Virus record (IMG/VR): IMGVR_UViG_3300026549_001031
Direction: 5' to 3' (one strand)
Origin: a virus
Lineage: Duplodnaviria; Heunggongvirae; Uroviricota; Caudoviricetes
Length of the DNA: 64,000 nucleotides
Numbering within the stretch: the stretch's first letter is position 1; every line of letters starts with the position of its first letter. This document shows positions 1 to 9,465 of this stretch, piece after piece. A program made the position numbers and the translations under genes. Below the pieces are notes generated by a model. That model ran no database searches and was not told the DNA's origin. It was given only the letters and a program-made list of their open reading frames with translations.

Positions 1-1
1 G

Positions 2-469
2 ATGGCAATTTTCTTTCAGGGTTGCAATCACAATTGTAAGGGGTGTCATAACCCAGAGTCACATGACTTTAATGGTGGAGAGGAAATAAGTAAAGAGCAG
101 TTAATTGCAAAGATACAGGAGCAAATTGATGAGAATCCTTTGTTAGATGGGGTGACACTCAGTGGTGGAGATCCTTTCTTTCAGGCAGAGGATATGATAG
201 ACATTTGTAAGTTTATTCATAGCAAAGACTTAACTATTTGGGCATATACAGGTTTTACATATGAGCAGTTGATTAGCAAATCAGACAATAGAGTAACAGA
301 CAGCATGGTAGAAATGTTACATAACATAGACGTGTTAGTAGATGGCAGGTTTGTTTTAGAGCAGAGGTCCTTAGAAGAGAGATTTAAGGGATCATTAAAT
401 CAGAGAATAATAGATGTTCAGGCATCTTTGAAAAATAATAGAGTAGTCGAATTGGAATTAGAAGCATAG
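2..469 (+). CDS. nrdG: Anaerobic ribonucleotide reductase activating radical-SAM protein (probably 5'-truncated by window edge)
   Basis: FQGCNHNCKGCHNPES CxxxCxxC motif, GVTLSGGDP, WAYTGFTYE, DVLVDGRF, GSLNQRIID. Confidence 0.92.
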   Translation: MAIFFQGCNHNCKGCHNPESHDFNGGEEISKEQLIAKIQEQIDENPLLDGVTLSGGDPFFQAEDMIDICKFIHSKDLTIWAYTGFTYEQLISKSDNRVTDSMVEMLHNIDVLVDGRFVLEQRSLEERFKGSLNQRIIDVQASLKNNRVVELELEA

Positions 470-477
470 GGGGATAT

Positions 478-876
478 ATGAAATACGTTTGCATCATTGT
501 CGAGACACAAGATTATGATAAAGGTTTAGAAGTAATGGACGCTATGGAGAAGTTAGGGTTTAAGAAAAATGTGTTCTATACAAGTGATAATAATAGTAAA
601 TACTTCAAAGTTGTAAGTGATAGCAAATTGAATGAAATGGGTACTAAGGAAAGATTATTATATACTTGTAAGGAATATAGCATAGCAGCTCCATATGGAG
701 GGTCAAGGCATGTGTCTTTATGTAGACAGATTGACTTTGATAAGATTCATGAAGTTTATGGGGAGCAGGCAATACCTGTTTATATTGGTGCACATGAAGC
801 TGGAATGGGTATTGAGATTGATGGAGATCAGGACATCAATGGAATCGTGGCAGACATTATACAAAATATAAGATAA
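478..876 (+). CDS. Hypothetical protein
   Basis: 132 aa ORF with GGGG RBS directly after nrdG. Confidence 0.7.
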   Translation: MKYVCIIVETQDYDKGLEVMDAMEKLGFKKNVFYTSDNNSKYFKVVSDSKLNEMGTKERLLYTCKEYSIAAPYGGSRHVSLCRQIDFDKIHEVYGEQAIPVYIGAHEAGMGIEIDGDQDINGIVADIIQNIR

Positions 877-895
877 GTAAAGGAGACAAGGAAAA

Positions 896-1819
896 ATGAA
901 AGCATGCATGAGATGTAATAAAATGGTAGATGATTCAATGCAGGTTTGTCCTGTATGTGGCAGTAACAAGTTTAGAACTGCACAAGCTAAAAAACCTGTT
1001 AGACCACCTAGACCTCAGAGGGGCATGCAAAATAATCAACAGGGCATGAACAACATGAATATAGGTGGCATGGGTAACCAGCAGTACAATAATAGTGGTT
1101 ATAATCAGCAGTATGGTAACGGTAATTACAACCAAAACATGGGTATGAACATGAATCCTGGAAACATGGACATGGGTGGTATGGGTAATTACAATCAGAA
1201 CATGAATATGGGTGGTATGGGTAGTTACAGCCAGAACATGGGAATGAACATGGGTGCTCAGCAGATGAACATGAATAATGGAAACATGAACATGGGAAAT
1301 CAGCAGCAGACACAGAATGTTCAGCAGCAGGCACCTCAAAAGAAAGAAAAGAAAAAGAAAATGTCTCGTAAGGAAAAGATGCAACTTGAGATGGAACAGA
1401 TGAGACAGATTCAAGAGGCACGTGCAAAGGGTTTACCTGATCCTGTGTTTGATAATGGACAGGCTCAAAATGCTAATCAACAGTATCAACAAAAGAGAGG
1501 GCAGGTAAATAATAGCAATAATATGAACATGGGAGGTATGCAGGGAAACATGCAGAACATGGGAAATAGAAATACAGGACAGCAGAGATTTCAAGATATG
1601 CCTGCTAATTCAGGAGAAAGCAGTGTGAAGCAGTGGATCATTACGTTGGTAATAACTGCTATACCTATTCTAAATATTGTTTACTGCATTATGATTATGA
1701 AAAACAATAATGCAGAGGGATACAGACGAGATTTTGCTAAGGCATTTTTGATTTATTTGGTAATCGCATTTGTGGTAAGTTTAGTCATTGGTAATGTGCT
1801 AGTGTCAAGGTTGAGTTAA
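896..1819 (+). CDS. Zn-ribbon + Q/N/M/G-rich low-complexity region + C-terminal two-TM membrane protein
   Basis: CMRC...CPVC at N-terminus; NMGGMGNYNQ-type repeats; two hydrophobic helices at C-terminus. Confidence 0.75.
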   Translation: MKACMRCNKMVDDSMQVCPVCGSNKFRTAQAKKPVRPPRPQRGMQNNQQGMNNMNIGGMGNQQYNNSGYNQQYGNGNYNQNMGMNMNPGNMDMGGMGNYNQNMNMGGMGSYSQNMGMNMGAQQMNMNNGNMNMGNQQQTQNVQQQAPQKKEKKKKMSRKEKMQLEMEQMRQIQEARAKGLPDPVFDNGQAQNANQQYQQKRGQVNNSNNMNMGGMQGNMQNMGNRNTGQQRFQDMPANSGESSVKQWIITLVITAIPILNIVYCIMIMKNNNAEGYRRDFAKAFLIYLVIAFVVSLVIGNVLVSRLS

Positions 1820-1839
1820 TTTGGGAGGTTGATGAGTTT

Positions 1840-2358
1840 ATGAAGGACTATAATTTTGGAGCAAAGTACTCTATAATTGGTAGGATACTGAACAGGACAA
1901 CAGTTGAATACTATGTACTGCAGGACAGAAGTAATAATAGTACACTTAAAATGAAAAAGGGCGTTGTTGAACAGTTAGCACTCAGTAAACAGATTTATAA
2001 TTGCAATGCTCAAGTTTATAAGGACATTGTAAACATGAAAGGAATCAACTGCAAGTTAAGTCAGCTGCCTAGATATAGTTTAGAGGGTGAGCATAAGGAT
2101 TACGCACCTGTTTATGATGAGATCGCAGGAAAGAATGGTATTACACTTGTTGGAAAAGTGCAACATGGTAGATATGTGACTGATTACGTAGTAATTTGTG
2201 AAGACCAGCCTGATAAACTTATGAAAATACCTAGAGAGATTATAATTAAGCTTGCTAAGGATGGTAGAGTGACAAATGCAAAGGTACAGATGAATGGACC
2301 TCACACATTGTTACGTGGAACAAAGGAAAATTTGGCAAGACTTAGGAATTATGTTTAG
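1840..2358 (+). CDS. Hypothetical protein, stand-alone member of a paralogous tandem-domain family
   Basis: Two ~70 aa internal repeats (I/LxGx...Y(V/Y)L...(V)xNAxV...L(R)G) resembling N-termini of ORFs 6074, 23523, 24768, 26703, 59195. Confidence 0.65.
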   Translation: MKDYNFGAKYSIIGRILNRTTVEYYVLQDRSNNSTLKMKKGVVEQLALSKQIYNCNAQVYKDIVNMKGINCKLSQLPRYSLEGEHKDYAPVYDEIAGKNGITLVGKVQHGRYVTDYVVICEDQPDKLMKIPREIIIKLAKDGRVTNAKVQMNGPHTLLRGTKENLARLRNYV

Positions 2359-2376
2359 TGCAGAGAGGTAAAGATA

Positions 2377-2973
2377 GTGAAACAGTTAAAAGTATACTTA
2401 ACAGCTAAATATGATAAAAGTACAGATAAAGCTGATTGGTGCAGTTACTTATGGTATAAAGGAGCAGTTGGTAAGAAATTTGGTACAGTAAGTAATATAG
2501 GTTCACATACGAGAGCACTGTTATATGCATTGTATAAAACACTTAGCTTTGTAAATGAGAGATGTGACATTGAGGTAATTAGCAAAGTCAAGCTGAGTTT
2601 GAACAACATTGAGAAATCAAGTAACTGTGACATACTTGCAGAAATTGATGCTTTGGCAGCAAGAATGATGCATTGCATTAAGTTTAGCACTTCAGATGAA
2701 ATTGATGCTTTGACTAAACAGTGGGATAAGCAGTATGGAAATAAGAGAGACAGGGTTAAAAAGAAAACAAATGCATCAGAAAATAATGTGGCAGGTACAC
2801 AGGAGATACACCTTAGTGAAGCTGCAACTCGTTTAATGAATAGAAGACACCCTGGTGAATCAGATGACGACTTCTATGAAAGAATGAGAACAGAGAGTAG
2901 ATGCGGAGATTACAATGATGACCTTCTTGGAGAATCAAATGGCGCATGGGTGCCTGGTAGTGGGGGATATTAA
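2377..2973 (+). CDS. RNase H-like fold protein, apparently catalytically degenerate
   Basis: GTG start with RBS; HTRALLYALYKTLSFVNERCDIEVIS aligns by eye to RNase HI (NNRMEL.A.I.AL..L...C.V.V.TDS) but lacks the acidic residues. Confidence 0.4.
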   Translation: MKQLKVYLTAKYDKSTDKADWCSYLWYKGAVGKKFGTVSNIGSHTRALLYALYKTLSFVNERCDIEVISKVKLSLNNIEKSSNCDILAEIDALAARMMHCIKFSTSDEIDALTKQWDKQYGNKRDRVKKKTNASENNVAGTQEIHLSEAATRLMNRRHPGESDDDFYERMRTESRCGDYNDDLLGESNGAWVPGSGGY

Positions 2974-3069
2974 AAAGTGTATTGGAACTTGATATAGATA
3001 AGTGTAGGCAGGAGATGATGATAAATCATCTCTTGTTAATGTTTTAAGAGAATTGGGAGGACAGTGATC

Positions 3070-3204
3070 ATGAGTGTTGTTACAATAGTATGTGGAGTAA
3101 TTGGAGTAGTGTTAGTACTTAAGTTAATTAAGAAGGCAGTATTTAAGGTGGTGGGTATTGATGCAATTATACTTATTGCATCTATGATTTTACAGAACAT
3201 GTAA
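3070..3204 (+). CDS. Small membrane protein (44 aa, below ORF-track cutoff)
   Basis: GGGAGG RBS at 3055-3060; MSVVTIVCGVIGVVLVLKLIKKAVFKVVGIDAIILIASMILQNM, two hydrophobic stretches. Confidence 0.6.
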   Translation: MSVVTIVCGVIGVVLVLKLIKKAVFKVVGIDAIILIASMILQNM

Positions 3205-3297
3205 TACTATTAGTTGACACAATTTACAATAGTTAGTGTTGCCAGTATACACTTATTACAAAAGAAAGAGTATTAAATAGTTAAGGAGGCAAGGGGC

Positions 3298-4455
3298 ATG
3301 AATAGATATACTAGGGCATTGGTAATTGTGATTGCACTTGTTGGTTTAATTTGTTGCTCTTGTGGATACAATAAGGCATATAACACTAGCAGTACAGAAG
3401 TGAAAAATTACAGTAGTGAAAAAGATGTAGGAAAGACAAGTGTTGACAATAGTCAGCATGAGAGTTTGTTTGGGAGCAGTTCGAGTGGAATAATTGATGC
3501 ATCTGATTTAGTGAAAACACTTACAAATAATGAGTTATACAGGGATGGAAAATCAGATAACTTTACAGTTAAGTACGAAAGCAGTGATGTTGATTACATT
3601 AGTAATTGCTATGTGTCTGATAAGGATGACAATATACTTGGTGGGTTTACCTTATTTACATTAGAGGATATAGAGAGCATATCATCAGATAATAAAGAGG
3701 CATTTTGTAGAGTATTCAAAGAGGTTGGAAGTAATAGTAATCATATAAAAGAATCAATGGGAGGCATAGTAAAATATTGTGAATCTGGTAATAATTACTA
3801 TATGCTTAAGCTAGATGATGGTTCAGCAGTGCTTATGAAATCTTACATGATAGATGATGCATATGATAGAGATGGATATGCAATTCCAGCTGAAAGAAAT
3901 TTTGAATATGAAACACTTGAGGCACTAAAGAATTATAAAAGAGACAGTAAAGTAAGATGGAGCAGCAATGGTATTGTTGGTACATCAGTTAAAATAGATC
4001 ATGACCATTATACAGAGAATGGTTTAACAGCTTGTTTATTAGGGAATACACTTGATAATATAAGCATTGCAGAGATTAAAAGTAAATACATTGACAAAAC
4101 AGACAAAGATGCATCTGAAGTTGATGTTGATAGCATATTGAGTAATAGTAATGGTACTACAATAAGCAGACAAATAACAGTAAACAAACATACAATACAG
4201 CTATCAATAATATATAGGACAGATGATGAAATAAAGGACTTCTTAGAAAATTTTGATTGTACTTATAAAGTAAATAATAAGACACTTGGAAATATTAAGG
4301 TGTACATGGTAAATGATAATAGGTCATTTTACATAGGAAATGTGCAGTTTATGCTAAGTATTGATACAAATGATGGGGATGCACCTAAGCTAAAAGATGG
4401 AGACATCAAGGAGTTTATTAAAAATCTTAAAATTACAGAGAAGGCACTAAATTAA
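3298..4455 (+). CDS. Putative lipoprotein
   Basis: N-terminal MNRYTR + hydrophobic core + ICCSC lipobox-like cysteine, followed by Ser-rich linker. Confidence 0.65.
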   Translation: MNRYTRALVIVIALVGLICCSCGYNKAYNTSSTEVKNYSSEKDVGKTSVDNSQHESLFGSSSSGIIDASDLVKTLTNNELYRDGKSDNFTVKYESSDVDYISNCYVSDKDDNILGGFTLFTLEDIESISSDNKEAFCRVFKEVGSNSNHIKESMGGIVKYCESGNNYYMLKLDDGSAVLMKSYMIDDAYDRDGYAIPAERNFEYETLEALKNYKRDSKVRWSSNGIVGTSVKIDHDHYTENGLTACLLGNTLDNISIAEIKSKYIDKTDKDASEVDVDSILSNSNGTTISRQITVNKHTIQLSIIYRTDDEIKDFLENFDCTYKVNNKTLGNIKVYMVNDNRSFYIGNVQFMLSIDTNDGDAPKLKDGDIKEFIKNLKITEKALN

Positions 4456-4469
4456 GAGAGGGATAAGCA

Positions 4470-4982
4470 GTGTATATAATAGTTAGAGCATACGATGATT
4501 TTACAGCAGACATACTTGATATTGGGAATTTTAAGACCAGGCATTTTGAAAATAAAGAGTTGTTTAACTTTTTAGCTAGTCATGAAGTAATTGGAGCAGT
4601 GAAATCAGGTCATAAAATTGTTAGGCTTACAGCTTATGACTATATACAGTTTGCATCTGAGGGAGAAGCATATGATTATTTGAGAGAAGAGGGATTGAGC
4701 ACTAAAGATTTAATATATGCAGAGGGATATTGGTGGGTATTCATCAATACAAATAGAGTTGAGCATGTAGAGTACAAAGTTTATTTTTCACATGGAGATG
4801 AGAAGACATTTGGAATATTTGATGCATCTGGTAGATTGTTAGGTTGTACACCTTATATACAAGCAGCTACTAGTTTAGATAGACAAACAGCTAAAAGATT
4901 GGCATACTTTTGTAAGAAAAACAGTAAGCATGGGAATTATTGGAAAACATTAAGATTAGTAAATGGACAAATAGTTGAATGA
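4470..4982 (+). CDS. Hypothetical protein
   Basis: 170 aa ORF, GTG start, in + strand run. Confidence 0.65.
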   Translation: MYIIVRAYDDFTADILDIGNFKTRHFENKELFNFLASHEVIGAVKSGHKIVRLTAYDYIQFASEGEAYDYLREEGLSTKDLIYAEGYWWVFINTNRVEHVEYKVYFSHGDEKTFGIFDASGRLLGCTPYIQAATSLDRQTAKRLAYFCKKNSKHGNYWKTLRLVNGQIVE

Positions 4983-5028
4983 GCAGGATTTAAGAAAAAT
5001 ACAGAGAAATTAAAAGAGGATACTAAAA

Positions 5029-6003
5029 ATGATTGAGGGCATACCTTATTTTGGAGAAAATAACAATGAAATATATGAGAGAATACTTACAGGTGTGAAA
5101 AATGGAGCATGTAATGAAAAGAGATACACTACAATTTATAAGCTAATACACGAGAATATTGACAATAAACTTGTAGTGATAATTGATGGGCACTGGTTGA
5201 CTTGGTTAAATGACATAAAGTTTAACTACAGAGATCATAAGTGTTATATACCTTACTTCACATATGAGTTATACAGTGTAGATGGGAGTAAACGTAGGTC
5301 TGATAATAAAGGTCATCTGTTATTAAAAGATGGACCTTCTGGTAAGGAGTTGTTTATCAGATACAACTACAAATATGAAAAACTTGAACTTAGAGAGAAT
5401 AATTTTAGACTTAACATATATAACTTGGATACAGATGAGTTTATGGTTTTGTGCAGTAATCATTGGATAAATTACACATTTGACATGAATGAGTTATATG
5501 AGAAATATATTGATAGCTGTTTCAAAAATGATGACTACTTATTAAACAAGCATATGGGTGGATATCATTACATTACCCGAACAGTTGATAAGTTTGTAAA
5601 TAAAGAGAAGTTAATCAGAAATGATTTAGGGCTAAGACATTATAGTGAAATAGAGACATATGATAGTGATTATAGGGACGTAAGGCAATATAAATATGAG
5701 CAAGTAGTTCAAATGGAAGGACTTAGAGATTCATTATCTAGGCTTTACAAATTAAGGAGATTGGACTTTGATTGTTTAATTTATTGCATTATGAGAGAAA
5801 ATGCAATACCTTATAATTGTTCAGATGAGTTTAAGATAGAATGGGAGAGACTTGGTACAGAAGAGGGTAAGGAATATATCAAGTATGGTAAAGACATTAA
5901 GTTGATAATTAAATCATATTGGAAAAATGAGTATAAGCCTTGGGAAGTAAAAAGTTACAGCAGGTTTAATTTGAAAGACAGAGAGGAAGTGAAAATAACA
6001 TAG
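5029..6003 (+). CDS. Hypothetical protein
   Basis: 324 aa ORF with GAGG RBS. Confidence 0.7.
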   Translation: MIEGIPYFGENNNEIYERILTGVKNGACNEKRYTTIYKLIHENIDNKLVVIIDGHWLTWLNDIKFNYRDHKCYIPYFTYELYSVDGSKRRSDNKGHLLLKDGPSGKELFIRYNYKYEKLELRENNFRLNIYNLDTDEFMVLCSNHWINYTFDMNELYEKYIDSCFKNDDYLLNKHMGGYHYITRTVDKFVNKEKLIRNDLGLRHYSEIETYDSDYRDVRQYKYEQVVQMEGLRDSLSRLYKLRRLDFDCLIYCIMRENAIPYNCSDEFKIEWERLGTEEGKEYIKYGKDIKLIIKSYWKNEYKPWEVKSYSRFNLKDREEVKIT

Positions 6004-6073
6004 TTGCAATATGATTTAACATATAAAAACACAGGTGTTGAGTTTAATGTACAGAGAAAGGTAGGTAGGAGCA

Positions 6074-7981
6074 ATGGCTAACAGCAACTTTGTTGATGAA
6101 AGTTTTAGCAACAACTCTAACAAAAATAAACCTAACAGGGTAAAAGCTAGGTTTAGACTTTTGGGACAAATTAAAGACAGTGCAAGTTCAAAGCAGGCTA
6201 TGGGATACTTGGTATTAGATGAGGTTACAAAAAGGGCTAAGGCATATACAGTGGACCAGACCATGGCTTTATTGAGTAAATATCCATTTACAAATGCAAA
6301 ATTAACAGGTGGTAAAGTTGAGAATACAGAATGTAGTATGGACAGATTAACTGTTTATGACCCACACTTGAATGTACTAGCTAAGCCTGGATTTACAATT
6401 TTAAGTAGGATTGTAAATAGTAAGGGCAATACACTTGGGTTTGAGGCAATAAATTCATATGGAGAGCCTGTAGCATTAACAGCAGCAGACATAAAGAAAT
6501 GTGATGCAGATTTTCTTAATTGTAAGGTAGTTGGAGATGGTAAAGATAAGCACTTGTCAGGTATTAAACAGGTCATACCTGTTATTACAAGAGAGACACT
6601 GCAGATTAAACCTTCACGTGGTACAAAGAAAGTAAATGTACAGGCTGTAAAATACAGAAAAGAGCAGCATAAAAGAAAGACACTTGCATGGTTGGCTAAT
6701 ATATTTTCACAGGAAATTATAGGCAGGACACCTAATTACTTAGGACATGTTGGAATTTATGTGCCTGATGAAAAAGGTAGAGGTTACAGAAGAGAATTGA
6801 GGCTGGACCTTGAAATGAAAATTGTGGCTAATGAACTCATCAATGACATTCAGATTGATCTGTATGAAAACAATTGTAAAATGACAGATAGATATGAAGC
6901 GATGATCAACACAATTAGTAATGTGGCACTTACTATTGCAAAAAAGTACAAGGGAAAAGTAATTAAGTCTACATGGGATATGGATGCTAATTTGAAATAC
7001 AAATTGTTTGTAGTTTCTACACTTGTCACATTCTGTGCAGACATTAAATCATTTACAATGTTCTACAAAATATGCGTTAAGAATCCTATACTACTTGATG
7101 GGGTGCTTAGATATCCTCAAACAGTAGCAAGTAAAAGTAGTCGTAAACATTGGGATACCTCACTTATCAAAAAGGTAGTTAAGGAGTACTTTGGTAGTAA
7201 TCTGAATACTGGAATGATTGAAATACTTACAGCTGTAAGTAAGATTGAGACATACAAGAAAGAAAAAGACATTGGAATGTTTAATGTTAAGGAGTTTAAG
7301 TCTGCACAGAGTATGGCAGAACTTGGCTTTGCAATTTCGGAGCAGAACAGGGGATTTAGATATAAGAAAAACATGGGTACAGAATGTACACTTAAGTATA
7401 TTGGTGACTACCTTAGAGATTATGAGGAATACAAGAGAAATGCAACTTGCTTAGGTGATGTACTCATACCTGCAACTGTAGAGACAATGATGAAGTACAG
7501 TGATGAAAATTTGGGTGATAATGATGAACTAAGGCATATCAATGCAGTTAGGATGGAGATGGCATTGGCAGTTTTAGCAATATATAATCCTAGCATGTGT
7601 AAGTTATTTTTTGATCATCATCCAGAATTGTCAGGAGCACTTTTAACAGGGTTTGATCCTGAAAATCCTGTTGACTACGAGTTACCTGATAAGTTAAGAC
7701 TCTACTATGAATCAGGTTGCTGTGTTTACTACAATGATATGGGAGAGGATGACATCAATGTAGGCAATAGAGGTTATAGGGGTAGCAATGGTAAGGTGTC
7801 ATACTCACCGGAAAGATTAAGAAAAGCAGAGGTAATTAACTATAGAGCATTAGGTCCTTATAAGTATTGTCAGCATTCAGATCTGAAATGGCAGTTAGCA
7901 CCGATTGTTAATACATTAACTTCTGACAACTGTACAGCAAAAGATATTGAGTTATATATTGGTAATTTGAGGGCATTATAA
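6074..7981 (+). CDS. Hypothetical protein with paralogous tandem N-terminal domain
   Basis: 635 aa; RLLGQIKD..MGYLVLD..FTNAKL and ILSRIVNSKGNTLGFEA..FLNCKV repeats. Confidence 0.7.
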   Translation: MANSNFVDESFSNNSNKNKPNRVKARFRLLGQIKDSASSKQAMGYLVLDEVTKRAKAYTVDQTMALLSKYPFTNAKLTGGKVENTECSMDRLTVYDPHLNVLAKPGFTILSRIVNSKGNTLGFEAINSYGEPVALTAADIKKCDADFLNCKVVGDGKDKHLSGIKQVIPVITRETLQIKPSRGTKKVNVQAVKYRKEQHKRKTLAWLANIFSQEIIGRTPNYLGHVGIYVPDEKGRGYRRELRLDLEMKIVANELINDIQIDLYENNCKMTDRYEAMINTISNVALTIAKKYKGKVIKSTWDMDANLKYKLFVVSTLVTFCADIKSFTMFYKICVKNPILLDGVLRYPQTVASKSSRKHWDTSLIKKVVKEYFGSNLNTGMIEILTAVSKIETYKKEKDIGMFNVKEFKSAQSMAELGFAISEQNRGFRYKKNMGTECTLKYIGDYLRDYEEYKRNATCLGDVLIPATVETMMKYSDENLGDNDELRHINAVRMEMALAVLAIYNPSMCKLFFDHHPELSGALLTGFDPENPVDYELPDKLRLYYESGCCVYYNDMGEDDINVGNRGYRGSNGKVSYSPERLRKAEVINYRALGPYKYCQHSDLKWQLAPIVNTLTSDNCTAKDIELYIGNLRAL

Positions 7982-8014
7982 AAGTAAATGAACTAGATTG
8001 GAATAGATTTAGCT

Positions 8015-8152
8015 TTTGGTGATACTGTACACCGCTGTATATAGAAATCAGTACATAAAGCCCGGAATTGAGTCAACAAGGTTTACTCAGTTCCTGGCTT
8101 AATCTCAAAATGTGAGGCTTTGGTGGAATACAGTCAAGGATTTAAGTATACA
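8015..8152 (+). ncRNA. Putative structured ncRNA, array unit 1
   Basis: Closing stem ACTGTA(8024)/TACAGT(8129); TGTAT/GTACA stem with TAGAAATCA loop; long hairpin AAGCC-GGAATTGAGT...ACTCAGTTCC-GGCTT; small CTCA/TGAG hairpin. Confidence 0.7.
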
Positions 8153-8192
8153 GCGCTAAATTAAAAGACAAGCAGTTTAATAAGACAGACAG

Positions 8193-8330
8193 TTTGGTGC
8201 CACTGTACACCATTATGTGTAGAAATCAGTACATATACCTGATGATCGAGCTAGCAAAGCCAGCTCAGTCCTCAGGTGTATCTCAACATTTGAGAACTAG
8301 AGGAATACAGTCAAGGATTTAGGCATATAA
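8193..8330 (+). ncRNA. Putative structured ncRNA, array unit 2
   Basis: ACTGTA(8202)/TACAGT(8306); ATGTGT/GTACAT; long hairpin TATACCTGA..GAGCT..AGCTC..TCAGGTGTA; TCTCA/TGAGA hairpin; GTGCC/GGCAT outer stem. Confidence 0.7.
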
Positions 8331-8358
8331 CGTATTAAAAGAGTAATACAATTAAATA

Positions 8359-8490
8359 ATGTGTCACTACACACAATTGTATGTAGGAGTCAGTACAGTA
8401 AACTCTGCGCTGTCTGAAACAAAGTTTCAGGCGGCACAGGTTTCTCTCAAAAGAGACTTGGTGGAATGTAGTCATGGACTTAGGCATACA
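8359..8490 (+). ncRNA. Putative structured ncRNA, array unit 3
   Basis: Compensatory closing stem ACTACA(8366)/TGTAGT(8467); long hairpin GCTGTCTGAAAC-AAA-GTTTCAGGCGGC with G-U pairs; TCTC/GAGA hairpin. Confidence 0.7.
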
Positions 8491-8522
8491 AATAAATACA
8501 GAGAGGAAATAAAAGGAAAGTC

Positions 8523-9239
8523 ATGCAAAGTGTATTAAGATACATAGGTGCAAAAAAGATTAACTTAGACAATTACAGCATAGGCAAATATGATGTTTAT
8601 ATAGAGCCTTTTGGTGGTGGGTTTTCAACAGGATTAGAACTTATCAGACAAGGATATAAAGGAGAGGTCATATACAATGACCTTGATGAAAAAGTGGCTA
8701 ACTTCTGGTATAGTTTAAGAGATCATAGGGATGAATTATTAGCAGAGATAACAAAATTAAGAGCATTAGAACTTGATTATCTCATGGATAAGATTGAGAA
8801 ACCTGCAGGTACAGAAATAGAAAGAGCAGCTATTGAGTTTATGACAAAAGAGATGCTCACTATGAAGGGTATGAGTTACAAGTATCAATATGAGGATTAC
8901 AAGTTTAATGTATTAAGAGAGGCCTCTGACTTACTGCAGGACGTAAGGATTTATAATAAAGGCTATGAGGAAATATTTATTGACTATGACCATAAATCAG
9001 TATTCATGTTGATTGATCCTCCTTACACTTGTGAGGGAGTGGACAAGTATTACAGATGTAACAGTAGTAAGTCTAATCATGATCTATTACATGAAAAGAT
9101 AGAGACACTTAATTGTCAGTGGTTACTTACTTATAATGATGATGAACACATAAGAAGTTTGTATGAAAGGCATCAAATAGAAGTTAAGTCACGTAACATG
9201 TATAACAGGGTATATAAAGAGTTGTACATTAGTAAGTAA
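8523..9239 (+). CDS. D12-class (Dam-like) N6-adenine DNA methyltransferase
   Basis: YIGAK, YIEPFGGGFS (motif I), YNDLDE, LIDPPY (motif IV), WLLTYND. Confidence 0.88.
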   Translation: MQSVLRYIGAKKINLDNYSIGKYDVYIEPFGGGFSTGLELIRQGYKGEVIYNDLDEKVANFWYSLRDHRDELLAEITKLRALELDYLMDKIEKPAGTEIERAAIEFMTKEMLTMKGMSYKYQYEDYKFNVLREASDLLQDVRIYNKGYEEIFIDYDHKSVFMLIDPPYTCEGVDKYYRCNSSKSNHDLLHEKIETLNCQWLLTYNDDEHIRSLYERHQIEVKSRNMYNRVYKELYISK

Positions 9240-9465
9240 GCAATAACTTAAAAAGCTAATGTAAGATGATAAATGAAAGATATTAAAATAAGAACAAACA
9301 AGGCTTATTAAAAATAAAAGGACAGCATTAAAAATTAAGAATTAACATAGGTCAACAAATTTGATAGGCAGTGGGGTAAAAACTGGGGTATACATTGGTA
9401 GTTAAAAAGTGTGTGAGATTAAATAGATAGAATTGGCATAGTAGAAAGGCTTTGGTCAATAGTTT

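Larger units (their letters stand above)
8015..8490 (+). repeat. Tandem array of three ~135-nt structured repeats with conserved flanks and variable central hairpins
   Basis: Units start ~8015, 8193, 8359. Units 1 and 2 share exact TAGAAATCAGTACATA (8042, 8220) and GGAATACAGTCAAGGATTTA (8125, 8302); unit 3 has variants TAGGAGTCAGTACA and GGAATGTAGTCATGGACTTA; AT-rich linkers. Confidence 0.92.

Noticed and set aside
8015-8490. CRISPR array interpretation of the repeats
   Set aside because: Conserved sequence is split into several blocks around self-complementary hairpins, period is 164-178 nt, there are only three units and no cas genes.
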